Shown: positions 1-12,952 of the stretch, one piece after another
How the letters are laid out: every line of letters starts with the position of its first letter
Position numbering within the stretch: position 1 is the stretch's first letter
Assembly (NCBI GenBank): GCA_002633005.1
Contig: NMRA01000121.1
Location: forward strand, 630,501 to 694,500
DNA length: 64,000 bases
Source: Phoronis australis
Lineage: Eukaryota; Animalia; Phoronida
Reading direction: 5' to 3'
The notes under the pieces: model-generated
Told to the model about the DNA's origin: nothing
What the model saw: the letters and a program-made list of their open reading frames with translations, nothing else
The model's database searches: none
Program-made: the position numbers and the translations under genes

Positions 1-449
1 CTTTTTCTACGAAATTGGCTTCCGAAATTGAATTCTCCGTGAAAAAAAGGTTATTGTCGTTTGCTCCAGAGGAAATTCGATAAATATTAGCCACAATACG
101 ATGCCATTTTTTCCGTTGTGCTAACAGGGTACCAATGGAAGTTTGTGAACTGTAATGCCAGACACACAATTGGTGAGCGCCAATAAAATATTGCAAGAAC
201 GCTTAAACATTAAAAACTTGTTCTGATCCTGGAAACTCCTTCGTCTGGAGTTCAAACTCTACGGGTTACATTTTTGAATATACCAAGAAACTATTCATGT
301 TAAAAACAATGGGAAGCACATAGGAACACATTTGTAAATTCGAGCTGCAACATTTGATAGAATATAATTCAAACAATCGGAGAACGAAGGCGTTAAGTGT
401 ATGAAAAGTTTTCCTCGGTGTGATAAATACCATGCAAACTCATGAAATA

Positions 450-641
450 TGACGTCGCTTTCGTAAAATATAACAATGGTACATTTATCGCATGTGCATT
501 CGACGTAAATTGTAACAATTACATAAAATGTAAAAACTTGTTACATTTTAAGAGAGGCCTAGCAACGTAAAATGTAACACTGACGTAAAATGTAACAGTT
601 GTTACATTTCACGAAATTGTTACATTTTACGGCGTATCACA
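450..641. repeat. Fragment built of direct and inverted acgtaaaatgtaaca subrepeats (MITE-like)
   Basis: Multiple (g)acgtaaaatgtaaca and inverse tgttacattttacg units. Confidence 0.55.
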
Positions 642-3600
642 TGCACAGATGTCGTTCACCTATGAGGGGAAATTTAAGGCTACGATTTCCGAGTGATACA
701 CGAGTGCGGCGCAAAGTCGAGGCTTTAAGGTTCCATATATCCCAGAATATCTGCATTAGTTAATGACGAAATAGCGTGCTGTTTATCTTGTATCTCAAAT
801 AGATCAAACATTCGTTCTTTAGTGTATAGGATTTTACATCAATTCTCTTTTTAGTGATCAGTCAAAGGAAAATGTTTTGTAGAATCTAAACTTTACAAAC
901 TAAACAGTTTTGAGCCAACAATTGCTTAAAACCTCGTCCTCACAGGTAAAAACATTCATGCAAACATCCTGACAATTAAAACGTAAAGGCTTCAAAAACA
1001 TTATGCATCAACTCCCTTATAAGTTTTTATACACGTCTTCATGGAATAAATTCTTGAAACTGTCGTGTGGCCGGTCGAACAACTCACTCACCTCTCATCG
1101 GATGTGACATGATTCCCTGTTAGCCAGATCGAAAATTTAGCTTTTTAATTGGGCTCAACAGTGTCGGTGGCCGAATTCTTTCGGGGGTGACAAACTTTTC
1201 CCGAATAGTATTGAATCAGCTTTCCGCCAAAGCACCGCAGTTTTGATGTAGATCACTTACACAGTACTGCAATATAACGGGTTTTTGTACTCGTATGAAA
1301 AACGGTTTCAGGGCTTGGCCAAGAACTAAGGTCACCTTGAGAACATGCTCAGTGCGCAAAACGGTCCTTCGTGAAAAGCCAGCATGTTTAGCGTGGTCTC
1401 AAGCAATAGCGAGCTGTTAGTTTGTTCTAAGACCAGAAACCTCCTCCAGTTTGAGTGAGAAACAAAATTATTGCAAGTGGTTTAAATTCGAAGGTTATTT
1501 TTCACGAGAGGTGGTTTTATTGCAACCTTAATGAACTCCATCGACAGATGACATATATACCTGATCAGTTCATTAGTTTTGTACATATATTCCAAGTAAA
1601 CTTTCGTTAAATATTTTTATGCTACTTTGTTCTTAGAAAACATCAATTGTCATCACGTAGACAATTTGCCATCCCCGTAGCGTATTAAGAGAGGAGTATT
1701 TAAATATAAACATACACATTTATTTATCTAACCCAAATTTAAAAATAATTTGTTTTGTGCTATTTTGTGTTCAGCACAATAGTTTGTGAATAGCTACATG
1801 TCCATTGTGCATTTCACTGTAGCATAAAGACCTACTGCATGAAAATAATAGTTCTCATGAGAGAGAGGCACTTATATAGCATTCAATAAAGCATGCCTTT
1901 AACATTTCTATGCATTTTAAACCAATGCTTAAAAACATTATTATATGAAACTGCTAAACGATTGAACAATACTTTTCAGCCCACTCATGTGACTGTTTAA
2001 ACGTAAGACTGAAGTAAAGTTTATTAGAAACAAATAGAATACATTTGAAAAATATAAAAACGAGAGAGAACAATTCACTATAACATGTTTTTTTCACACT
2101 GACTAACGAAACGAATGTTGTTAGCCTTTGATGTTCTGTTCCATTTCCTTAAAGTGACATTTTCTGCATCAAGCTCAAATCTAGAAAAAATTCCAAGATA
2201 AACGGGTCTTGTTTTACAATGTAGAGTGATGTAATTTGAAATGCCAGTGTTGTTCCGTAAGACTTTTGAGTTTGAACATTGGATACCGTATTTCATGCGC
2301 TATACTTTTGAATTGTTCATGATTCGATGCAGAGTTTGCTTAAAATCAAGAACCTTAATAACGTTCATGGGTTCAAAGTGCACTTGCCTCACTTGTTTAT
2401 TTTTTACAGCAAGTGGTGCAGATATAAGTTTGATGTTTTCCTTCTTTGCGTTGGCTGCAAGAGCTACTTCCGGCTGCACTGTGTCATTAACGATGGTTGT
2501 AATAGCTGAAACATTGCCTACTTGCATTCGGTGAGTAGAATTCTTCTATTCCTTTACGCATTCAGTCTGACGGTCAGTGTTTAACTGCGAAAGTAAAGGA
2601 CAAACAAGTCGGTAAATTTCCGAGTAAGGAAACCAATGCAGTCAGATACATGGCTTCATTTTATTTTACACGAAATCGACTGCGTACTGATGGTCAAAAA
2701 TTAAACCGTGAGCCTTGTGTCTACGGAACGCGCCTGCCAGGGTTCTTTGGTCTCTGATTCTAATGTTTACGAACACACGATTGAAACTTCAAATTTCAGA
2801 TTCACATGTAATTTTTATGAATTGCAACCTAATCTTGTACGAATTGAATGCTTCAGTAAATTTCCATGCATTCTGAAATTCCTGTAACTGGTTTTTGCCA
2901 ATCTGAAATTGATGTGTTGGTGAATTTGACGAACTTGAAAATTAGAGCGTATATAACAACGACATATTGAATGATCGACGTTTGACCTAGCTTTATGAAA
3001 TACGGACAACTCTATATCATTTGCTATTAATTGGATTATGTGGCCAAGTGTTTTTAATAAAATTTAGTAAAACAAAAAGGTACATGCATATTGCAATTGT
3101 ATCAATACAATGACCAAAATTTGTTTGATGCAAATACACGAGATGAAATCTCAAAAATGCTGATACATTTTTTTTAAATTATCATTTCGTTTTATGCAAC
3201 TCTTGGTTTTTTCGTAAAAATCATAAAAGACCTATTTTTGATAGACCCTTATGCAAAGGTGGAGAATTCTAAAAACAATTTCTAGCAACGTTTTGAGAAC
3301 TGTGCATAAAGTACCTTGTCTGAAAGTTTCATATGAATCCGATGAGCTATTTCTGAGGTATGATGTTACAAATTTTGCAAACTTTGGCCACTTTTCGAAG
3401 GTCCTATACAAACGTATGATTGTATAAATTATTTTGTCTTCTCTGCTATTTGCACAATGTCGCACTCGCATAAAACTGAATATTTTGTTTGCTTTCAACC
3501 CCAACGGGATTTTCTTTTAAGGTCTTTAGGTCGCAAACAGACGATTTCTATTGCTAAATGTCTCATGAGCATAAAACATAATTTTCAAATTCCTTGTGTA

Positions 3601-4066
3601 AAGGTTCACGTCTGTGTAGGCTACATCAGAGTCCGTGAAAAATCTTGTGTTTAGAAAATCACGGTCACAAGTAGTCAAACGTCCGAGTACTTCTTCGTAC
3701 CCATAATAAGTTTTTGTGATCATGCAGAATTTGAAAGTACATGGTGTTAAAATTTGTTGGATTGTATTATTAGAAATGTGGACTCGGTAACGAAAGCCAA
3801 TCATATACACAATCTCTCAATTTTTATTAAAAGCAAAGTAAGTAAAGTAAACTTTGAATACACCGTCAATGACCCATAGTTCAAACAATGTTTTATTAAT
3901 AGACTGATTACAATTATTTCAGATCCATCGGTGTCGGATGCTGCATGGTGTGGATGCGTGTCGGTTCGATGGTTGCACCGCAATTTTTATTTTTGGTATG
4001 TTGATCGACGTAATCGCCCCTTAAAACGACAATAGATAGTTAGGTAACTGAACGTTAGGCCTACTT

Positions 4067-6656
4067 AATTGCATACGTTATGAAAACCGTTCCAAACAAA
4101 GATAAATAATGTTGTCCAGTCCCAAACAAGATTAGGGCATTGGCAATACATTGATTGGGTTGGTCGCCCACTCAAATACTGGACCAACGTCAAGCTAATG
4201 TGATCTCTCAATTCCTTTTGACGACTGACACCAACCGTTGTCATGACAACGACAGATTTCAGACAATTTGTAGTTTGCTTGGCTTATCCAGGTGATTTTA
4301 CGGTGTAAGACTAAGTGGGGAACATACATAAACGTCGTAATTATTTTGATCACGCTTAGATGTCTTAGAGTTTGGCAACTTTGTTGTCTATTTCGTGACC
4401 CGAGTTCAAAATAGACCTAATATAATTGAGAACTACAAAGAGTTTCAGATGCACCTGCTTCGTCACCTGAGGGAGATGGCGTCATGAAACGTCACAAGTA
4501 CGCATTCGCTGGTTTATCGAAACCAGTAAAATTAAGTTACCGATCGGTATTTGAGAAATATAGCGAATTGACGTGAGAATATAAAATCCAGTTGATCACA
4601 CAAGAAAAGAATTCTGCTAAGGTTACGTAAAATGCTGTAAATAAAATATGAATATCTGCTTTTACACTGTGCTCCTATATTCCCCCAATCTCATCTACAG
4701 CAATGTTATTCCAATGAGTTTTGCCATCACTCATCACGCAGTACTGGAGATTGGTATTTGATGTAACATCTATGATAGGCAACATTTCCTAACAGTACAG
4801 TTTACGTTTCTCTCATATGAATGTCATTTAGCAACACGTCTTAATTGAGTGAATTTTAATGTGTCAACTTGGTATTTGAAGCCAAGTGACTGATTCTACT
4901 TTAGTTAATTAGATTAGTGACCTTTCCGACACACCGTTGTCGCCTAAGATCAAAACGGGGCAACGCGTGAGAAAAGAAGTTGGGTTGATGAGGAGATGAC
5001 AGTTTTTTCGTGACCCGTTAAATGTTTTTGGCGTGCGTGAACGTGAAACTCGCGTCACTGTGAACGTGGTTTTGCATTTTAGTGTGTTGTGAACCGCCGC
5101 GAAGTAAGTTCGTATATCGAGAACGGAATTGGAAATTGGGATCGAGGCAACCCGCAGTAGAAAATTTCGGAGTCTAGGGAGGTGGTGGCTCTCGGGGAAA
5201 GAACAAAAATTTGCTATGGTCGTGAAATCGCCACCTACTAGCGTGGGCAGTGACCTACCCTACTTTAATCCAGTCTTTAATGGTTGAATGAATCATGTGC
5301 TTATCAACTATCGTTTGTCCCAACAGGGTGAGCTGACGTTTGCACAGTTACCATTCTNAATCGCATACGTTATGCAAACCGTTCTAAACAAAGATAGAAA
5401 ATGCTCTCCAGTCCCAAACAAGATTAGGGCATTGGCAATACATTGATTGGGTTGGTCGCCCACTCAAATACTGGACCAACGTCAAGCTAATGTGATCTCT
5501 CAATATTCCTTTTGACGACTGACACCAACCGTTGTCATGGCAACGACAGATTTCAGACAACTTGTAGTTTGCTTGGCTTAACCAGGTGATTTTACGGTGT
5601 AAGACTACGTGGGGAACATAACGTGGTAATTATTTTGATCACATTTAGATGTCTTAGAGTTTGGTAACTTTGTTGTCTATTTCGTGACCCAAATTCAAAA
5701 TAGACCTAATATAATTGAGAACTTCAAAGTATTTCAGATGTACTTGCTTAGTCACCTGTGGGAGACGGCGTCATGAAACGCCACACGTACGCATTTCCTG
5801 GTTTATCGAAACCCGTAAAATTAAGTTACTGATCGGTGTTTGAGAAATATAGCAAATTTACGTGAGAAAATAAAATCCAGTTGATCACACCAGAAAAGAA
5901 TTCTACTAAGGTTATGTAAAATGCTGTAAATTAAATATGAATATCTGCTTTTACACTGTGCTCCTGTATTCCCCCAATCTCATCTACAGCAATGTTATTC
6001 CACGGAGTTTTGCCATCACCCACCGATTTACAAACCCAGTACTGGAGATTGGCATTTGATGTAACATCTATGATAGGCAACATTTCCTAACAGTACACTT
6101 TACGTTTCTCTCATATGAATATCATTTAGCAACACGTCTTAATTGAGTGAATTTTAATGTGTCAACTTGGTATTTCATGAAAACCAAGTTACTGATGCTA
6201 ATTTAGTTAATTAGATTAGTGACCTGTCCGACACACCGTTGTCGCCCAAGATCAAAACGGGGCAACGCGTGAGAAAAGTTGGGTAGATGAGGTGATGACT
6301 GTTTTTTCGTGACCCGTTAACTGTTTTTGGCGTGCGTGAACGTGAAACTCGCTTCACTGTGAACGTGGTTTTTGTATTTTAGTGTGTTGTGAGCCGCCGC
6401 GAAGTAAGTCCGTATCCAAGAACGGAATTGGAAATTGGGATCGAGGCAACCCGCAGTAGAAAATTGCGGAGTTTAGGGAGGTGGTGGCGCCCGGGGAAAG
6501 AACAAAAATTTGCTATGGTCGTGAAATCGCCACCTACTAGCGTGGGCAGTGACCTACCCTACTTTAATCCAGTCTTTAATGGTTGAATGAATCATGTGCT
6601 TATCAACTATCGTTTGTCCCAACAGGGTGAGCTGACGTTTGCACAGCTACCATTCT
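4067..6656. repeat. ~1.3-kb near-identical tandem duplication joined by a single N (likely haplotig overlap)
   Basis: 4067-5357 vs 5359-6656, n at 5358. Copy 1 breaks off inside the SLC22 paralog A exon. Confidence 0.9.
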
Positions 6657-6856
6657 TGCTGTTTGGAGGCCTAACATGCATCGCAAGTGCATTGGTGCTG
6701 ATACTTCCCGACCTATCAGAGCGACACCTACCGGACACTATCGAAGATGTGGAAAATGAGACGGACCATGGATTTTGTCATAAAATGAAGCAAAAAAGGT
6801 TGAAGAATGTCATAGGAGAGACGGTTGTAAACGAGGAGACCAGTAGCTTCCAATAG
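6626..6856 (+). CDS. Terminal coding exon of an SLC22-family (organic cation/anion, Orct-like) MFS transporter, paralog A; upstream exons not found in this window
   Basis: Acceptor tttgtcccaacag at 6625, then GELTFAQLPFLLFGGLTCIASALVLILPDLSERHLPDTIEDVEN...TAG. This is TM12 plus the SLC22 C-terminal LPET..LPDTIEDVE signature, and the exon boundary is homologous to 37606. Confidence 0.88.
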   Translation, partial: GELTFAQLPFLLFGGLTCIASALVLILPDLSERHLPDTIEDVENETDHGFCHKMKQKRLKNVIGETVVNEETSSFQ

Positions 6857-8095
6857 GGAGTCTGGAGTTGTACTTTAGAGTACCTCGGAGGGAACACTAT
6901 TTAACATGAGTAGCAATGTTGAATGCGATGGTGTACATGCCTAGAAGCGTAGCTCGTCCATTAATAATCATGCGACTGCTATCATTTTCATATTAAAATT
7001 ATCATTTTATTTTGAACGTGAACTCGTGAACTGAATTCCTCAACTACTAGGGATTTTGTGCTTTACACACGACACAAAGGAATTTTCATCTGTTATCTTT
7101 CACAGCAAATCACGAAATTTCCTTTTGAAACAAACTAACTACCAATTGTTCATTTTGATGACTCTTGAGGTTTTCATTTTGGTTCTTGAAACTTTTAGGC
7201 ATCTTTCCGGCAGACGTGGGACATAAAATAATTAACGAATTTTGCGAATTCACTTACGAGGTGAAGAAAAATCTAAATTCATACTGTCAAAAATTTGAAA
7301 AGTTTGAAAAGGGTCGCTAAGTACGTGTACTTGCTAATAATTTGAGTAAAAGAATAGTAAACTCGGTTTTGCTTTATTAATTGGGGTATTAAAGCGACTT
7401 GCTCTCTAATAGGAATATAAAATAATGTCCTGTAACTCTGGTCAGTAAGTTTGAAAACTCACCGGGGACGCGTGACTAACGCTCCAGGTGAGTTATATGA
7501 TGAGTTTGGGGAAATAATTCTTATGTCACAGTGAGTAAGTGCTTTTAGTTGAATTCTGATTTTATCACAAACCAATGGTGGCCTAGCGGTGGACCGAAGG
7601 AAAGTTGGTTGGGACTAGGTTAGCTTCTCATATTGGTTCCTAGGCTGACATCGACAAAAACAAAGTTCTCACGGCTTACGACGTATAGTTCTAACTGATT
7701 AATGTTGAGAGGGATGTTGTATTCTAATGACTTCATGTAGGGCCGTGTGGTGTTATTTAAAAGTTCAATTACTTCTATTTCCGCAATCAAGGCGACTAAG
7801 ACAACAGTTAGAGTGGTTGATTTTGACGTTATCATTGGTCTAGGTCAATGAAACCCCCTGTTTGCACCCTAGACGTCCCAGATGCTTTTTGAAAATGGCG
7901 GCACATCCGTATCCCAGTAGGCAAAAGTAGAGGCCAAATTTCTAGACTCAAGTTACTCAAAACAACTTTAAGGAGCTACTGAATACCATTCGTAGCAATT
8001 ACTTCCCATTTAGTCCACAAAAGGACAGACCCATCCTATTGTCTTTCTTGGTGGGAGCTAACGGCCTTAACCGTTGTCTTAGACCAGATCTAAAA

Positions 8096-8832
8096 GCCAT
8101 TTTATGATCGACATATGTCCCGAATAATAGATAAATGATACGTGCGTCGCAAGCTTATTGCCAGGGATGAAAAGGAGACCGAGGTAGGCGATATAAGGTT
8201 ATTTATTGTGACTAATATAATTACAAGTAAATGTGGTGAATACAGATAAGTAAAATAAAAAATGATAATCTATGGTAAGATGGGCAATGAAAAAGCGCCG
8301 GCCACGCGGAAGTACGATAGAATGACGAAAATGGGGTGGTAGAGGGTGGAAAAAGTTAATACGTTTTGGAACGTACGACAATGTGGCCGGAACAAAGGTG
8401 AAAACGAGGTTACAATAACAAAGAAAAAGCCTACGGGCCCGTGACAATCATCAACCTATGAGAGCGAAGAGCTGACCAAACTCGAGGCATGTGATAACAA
8501 CAGACCATTACGAAGGCTGGGAAACGACGTAAGGTCCAACACAAAGGAATAATGGAATAGACTGAAATGAGGGGGGAAAGGAGTAAGACGGGTCCATATG
8601 CTCACATAAATATATTTAACGAGTGAAATACCATTTATGATCGACATATGTCCCGAATAATAGATAAATGATACGTGCGTCCCAAGCTTGTTACCAGAGA
8701 TGAAAAGGAGACCGAGGTAGGCGATATAAGGTCATTTATTATGACTAATACAGTTACAAGTAAATATGGTGAATACAGATAAGTAAAATTAGAAATGATA
8801 ATCTCTGGTAAGATGGGCAATAAAAAGCGCCA
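8096..8832. repeat. ~200-bp direct duplication (no N gap)
   Basis: ccatttatgatcgacatatgtcccgaataatag...aaaaagcgcc at 8097-8299 and again at 8632-8831. Confidence 0.85.
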
Positions 8833-9556
8833 CAAGAGATGTTGTAAGACAGCTCATACCGATCCGCAGGGAAGTAAAAAGTGGGTCGCGTGATGACTGT
8901 GAGGACTAAACAACTGACAATCTTTTACTCAGAACAGACTCAAAAATCAAGCAGATGCCACTGATAGCCTTCATATAACATTGCACAAAACTTAAAATCC
9001 CCAGTTTACCCAGCAGATGCCAACTCATAATAAAATTGGGGTAGGTAAATTCAACCGTCAGCTCTAAAAACAAGCTAGCAAGTGCCATCTACATGTAAGT
9101 CTCGGCGCAACACTACAAGCCTGGAGTTATTCGCTTTCAACTACCTAAGGTGAAATACAAGCCATCAACGTGAATATCGACACATGTATGTACCGGGAAC
9201 TATTTCGAGGCTAGATTTAAAACATTGTATAATAGGTCGTTGACCAAATGCGTTGGGTGTATGTTCAGGCTGATCGATATATTTAATGTTTTAAGAATAG
9301 CCAACGGTCAAATTCCTGTATAGGGACCGGTGGGTAACACTGCAGCAAACTGTTACAGTCGATGTTGTAATAATTTGATCGTTCAGTCTGTTGCACATAA
9401 TGTCGTAGACAGACAGCATTCAGGCAATGCTCTTTATGGGACTGGTAACGCATACATGTGTACGTGTATGTCGTAGACAGTCGTTTGTGCTTGTGGTCGC
9501 AAGAATTCAAGGTTGGTCACGCCGGAACCATGCGGGCAAGCCATTGCAGTAATGAT

Positions 9557-9789
9557 TATGCGCGCACTCTGCCTAAAGAATGGGGACATCGATTTTTTTA
9601 GAATGTGGACCTTTTACTAAAAAACGGGGTACGTTCAGAGATAGGAATTGCGATAGTTCCTGTCTTGTTAGAAGACTTTTGTCTCGTTTCCTACTTTTTC
9701 GGATTTTTCTTTGAGGCGGACATTTTTGCCCAAAGTTCGCCCAATGTGAGGGCACGTTCGACCCCCCCCCCCCACTGGATGAGCGCATG
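9557..9789. mobile_element. Related MITE copy (opposite orientation), 5-bp TSD ATGAT
   Basis: Termini TATGCGCGCACTCTG / CTGGATGAGCGCATG; ATGAT on both flanks. Internal aaaaaGTccgagaaacgagacaaaa block is shared in reverse with 15462-15709. Confidence 0.7.
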
Positions 9790-10359
9790 ATGATAACAGT
9801 CCCGTAACAGGGTTCAAGATTTCACCGACCGCGGGTCCTATCACGAAGTTTGATGCTTCTCTCGTATTCATCGGTATTTCTGGTATCTTCGCCTTGAAAG
9901 GGTAAACCCGAGTGACGCATGTTGGATCAAATAGAGGGAAACATAGACGTTTCTGGGTTTTGTTGTTGAGTGGTCATATGATATATACACACACAGATTT
10001 GCCCGAATTTCATAAACCTAATTCTACATGCACAGAAGATCTCCGTGGATACTTTATATTGACAAACTCACCTATGGAATTTGTTGTTTGGGAGAAAAGC
10101 GATATCGGCGTTGCAAAATTCCAACCTGAATTCAAGTTCATTGAAACATGAATTTCATAAAAGGACTGCATGATTGGCAAAAAGTCACTTACTAACTTAT
10201 CATGACTTTCAGTCCCTTTTCGAAGACTCATCAACATGTAACACAGACATTACGTACCATTCTCCTGGAGTGTAAAAATTTCCACTATCACGATCTAATC
10301 TAGAATCTTGCTCGGATTAAACTTGTCATGCAAAATGAAGCCTTCTGTGTTGGCAAGCC

Positions 10360-10860
10360 TCGGGATTTTGACGAAATTTCAAAGAGACTTTGTCCATGTC
10401 ATAAACCTGAGACGAGTGTAGGATTCTCTATATACTACTGTAAATGTCCCACGAGACATCTAGCACTATTTTCCCATTCGACTAAATAGAAAAAACCGGA
10501 CAATTCACGTTTTGAGGCGACAGTAAGTGCTTATTCGACTTTAAATAAATACAAAATACGCGGCCGGGTGCTTTTGGGTGTAACGTCTCCCGTTCGACAA
10601 AACGTACTGTCGGCCGGGGACGTGTGTATATGTTGCGGCGAACGTTCACTCTTTATGTTTTGGCACAGACCTAGATGACCTGCTTTTTTCCGGAATTCCC
10701 ACTTTTCAATCCAATTGTCTCGCTTTTTTATTCTCTAATGCTAACAACTACGGAACAGGTGTTCATTTGTATCGTTGTCATGAATATAGAGAATCCTACA
10801 CTCGACTCAGGTTTATGACATGGGTAAATCCTCTTGGAAATTTCGTCAAAATTCCGAGTC
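10360..10860. mobile_element. MITE-like element with ~70-bp inverted arms
   Basis: ttttgacgaaatttc...catgtcataaacctgagacgagtgtaggattctctata (10366-10432) is inverse to tatagagaatcctacactcgactcaggtttatgacatg...gaaatttcgtcaaaa (10786-10851). Confidence 0.7.
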
Positions 10861-12601
10861 TTATCGAGGGATTTTGACGAAATTTCTAAGAGTTTTGCAG
10901 ACTATAAAGTGTAAGGCATATGGATTTCTACTTTGCACTACTCTATGATTCGCCCATGTAATATAACAAATTACGTGCTCCGTGTTATTAACCAGTTGTG
11001 TCGTAACATGTGAGAAATTGTTATTTTTCAGAGTCCATTTTCTTTAGTAACATAACAATCGTAAAAAAGTGTCACTAAGTCTCTTGTTCAGTTTACGTTA
11101 ACACACACTGCATGAATCCGGACCACTATTTTCTACTTCCTGAAGGAATGAGTTCATTTACAAACTACTATGGAAAGTCCCGCTACACTGCAGCCTACGT
11201 GTATAAAGTGATCTATCCACAGCACATTTCAAATCTACACAATAGATGTTTGCTCAATTTTATCTACCACAAAACCTTTATCTGGAAGCTCGGATAGGTA
11301 TTAGGGGTAATTAATTCCTCACAGTTTTGTAAGTGTCACTGGACTCAGAATTTTTACTGAAAAACTATATCCAACCGCGCTAAAGGTCCATTTAATATAT
11401 AAAGATGTATAATTCTAGATGAATGCCTGTCTAAATTCTTCACAGCAAATGTGAGGGACTCTTATTCTAAAATCTTTGCCTTTATAGGGTACAAATCTTT
11501 TGAATCATTAAAATTATTTCCCTGTGCTGGTTTAGTTAGTCATTTATATAGTCTCTATGGTTCATTTCCATTTTATGTTACTATTACATTCTGTTATTTT
11601 TCGCATTTTAGTGAACACTTCTGGTTTTTACAATGAAAAAAATAATAAATCTGTCATGCATGAGAACTGATGATTATCATTTATCGTTTGCTCCTTGCCT
11701 GCAATCCTACACCATCAAGTGATGAAAGGCTTTCTAATGACGTGACTTGTGCAATTTGGTTGCGAAAAGTTTTAGTGACAATAATTTCCTAAGAAATGAC
11801 CAACACCGGAATAAACGAATGAAAACAAGTTCCACGCATGCGCGGCGCAACTTCAGCAACGCGAGATCTAAGTTGGCATTCCACGGCTAGAGTTTCATGG
11901 TTCCAATGTATTTGTTGTGGAGAGGTCCTGGCAAGATTTTGCGCATGTGATGTGGTACATGTGGCGATACTGACTATCAGAAAGGAACCTAGCAAAAATA
12001 GCAACAATCCCTGTAGAAGTAATCGAGAGTTGTGGAATGATTGGCGTTAACCCGTATCATGAAACCCAATGAAAATCTGTGGTGGCTGAGTCACATGGAG
12101 TCGGTGCACTAGATCTGAAAGTCGAGAAACGAAACTCGTTTGCCTTACAACTCTGTTAAGCTGGTGAATAAACTCAGTAACAAAGAACTGTGCAATTCTC
12201 AGCTCATACGCAAAGAAATGGCGCAATTTATTCCGGAGCATCACTTTCAAGTATGGTTTTTACTCAAATCGTTCACTTATAGACGCAGCTTGGAATATAG
12301 GCGCATTAGTTTAAATACACGCACCGTACGCTGATTACTACGAATGGCCGTGCCGGAACCCTGATCGATTGAGTCACATGTACGAACTGACCTTCACTTG
12401 GCGCAGACAGCTCGTCTCGTACCGCTGCCCGTCTGCCATGGCCTCTGGTGATGTTGTCGTCATAATCAATTTTGTCACGAACAGTTGAAGTTCAGAGTGC
12501 ACGGTTGCGGTAGCTCTCCGCGTCGAGTCACATTTGCTGTCAGTCACTGAAGTGTGGAACGAATTATACTTGTTCGGCAAAGAAGCCCACCTTTGCGCAA
12601 A

Positions 12602-12952
12602 ATGCACGTAGATTCTCTACTAAAATCGGTGGGAAACCCCGGTCGATATCATGTCTTCGTCGCGATTTTCCTTCTGTTGAATCTTTGGCCCGTAGGATTT
12701 AGCCATGTCATCATGGCGTTTTATGGAGCACACGTAAAACATAGATGTAGACTACCCTTTGAAAATGACTCTGTGCTCAGTCTCACAGATCAACATGACG
12801 AGCACTCTGCCCGTGACGATATCTTCTTAAATGTAACAGTTGGTACTTGTGGGGTTTACGTCAATTTTTCGCGAATGAGCAACGAAACTGCGCCGTGTCC
12901 AATTGGCTGGATATACGAAAAGGAACCCGATGAGGTATCAATCGTAACCGAG
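12602..12952 (+). CDS. SLC22 paralog B exon 1 (TM1 + large extracellular loop)
   Basis: MHVDSLLKSVGNPGRYH...HRCRLP...GTC...PCPIGWIYE...SIVTE followed by donor gtgagt. Loop cysteines and N-glycosylation sequons NDS/NVT/NFS/NET. Confidence 0.9.

Noticed and set aside
5327-5357. Extra SLC22 exon or pseudogene
   Set aside because: Truncated at the N junction and part of the haplotig duplication.
11100-11650. Possible L1/Tx1-like 3' remnant ending in an A-rich tail
   Set aside because: Too degenerate to identify motifs confidently by eye.
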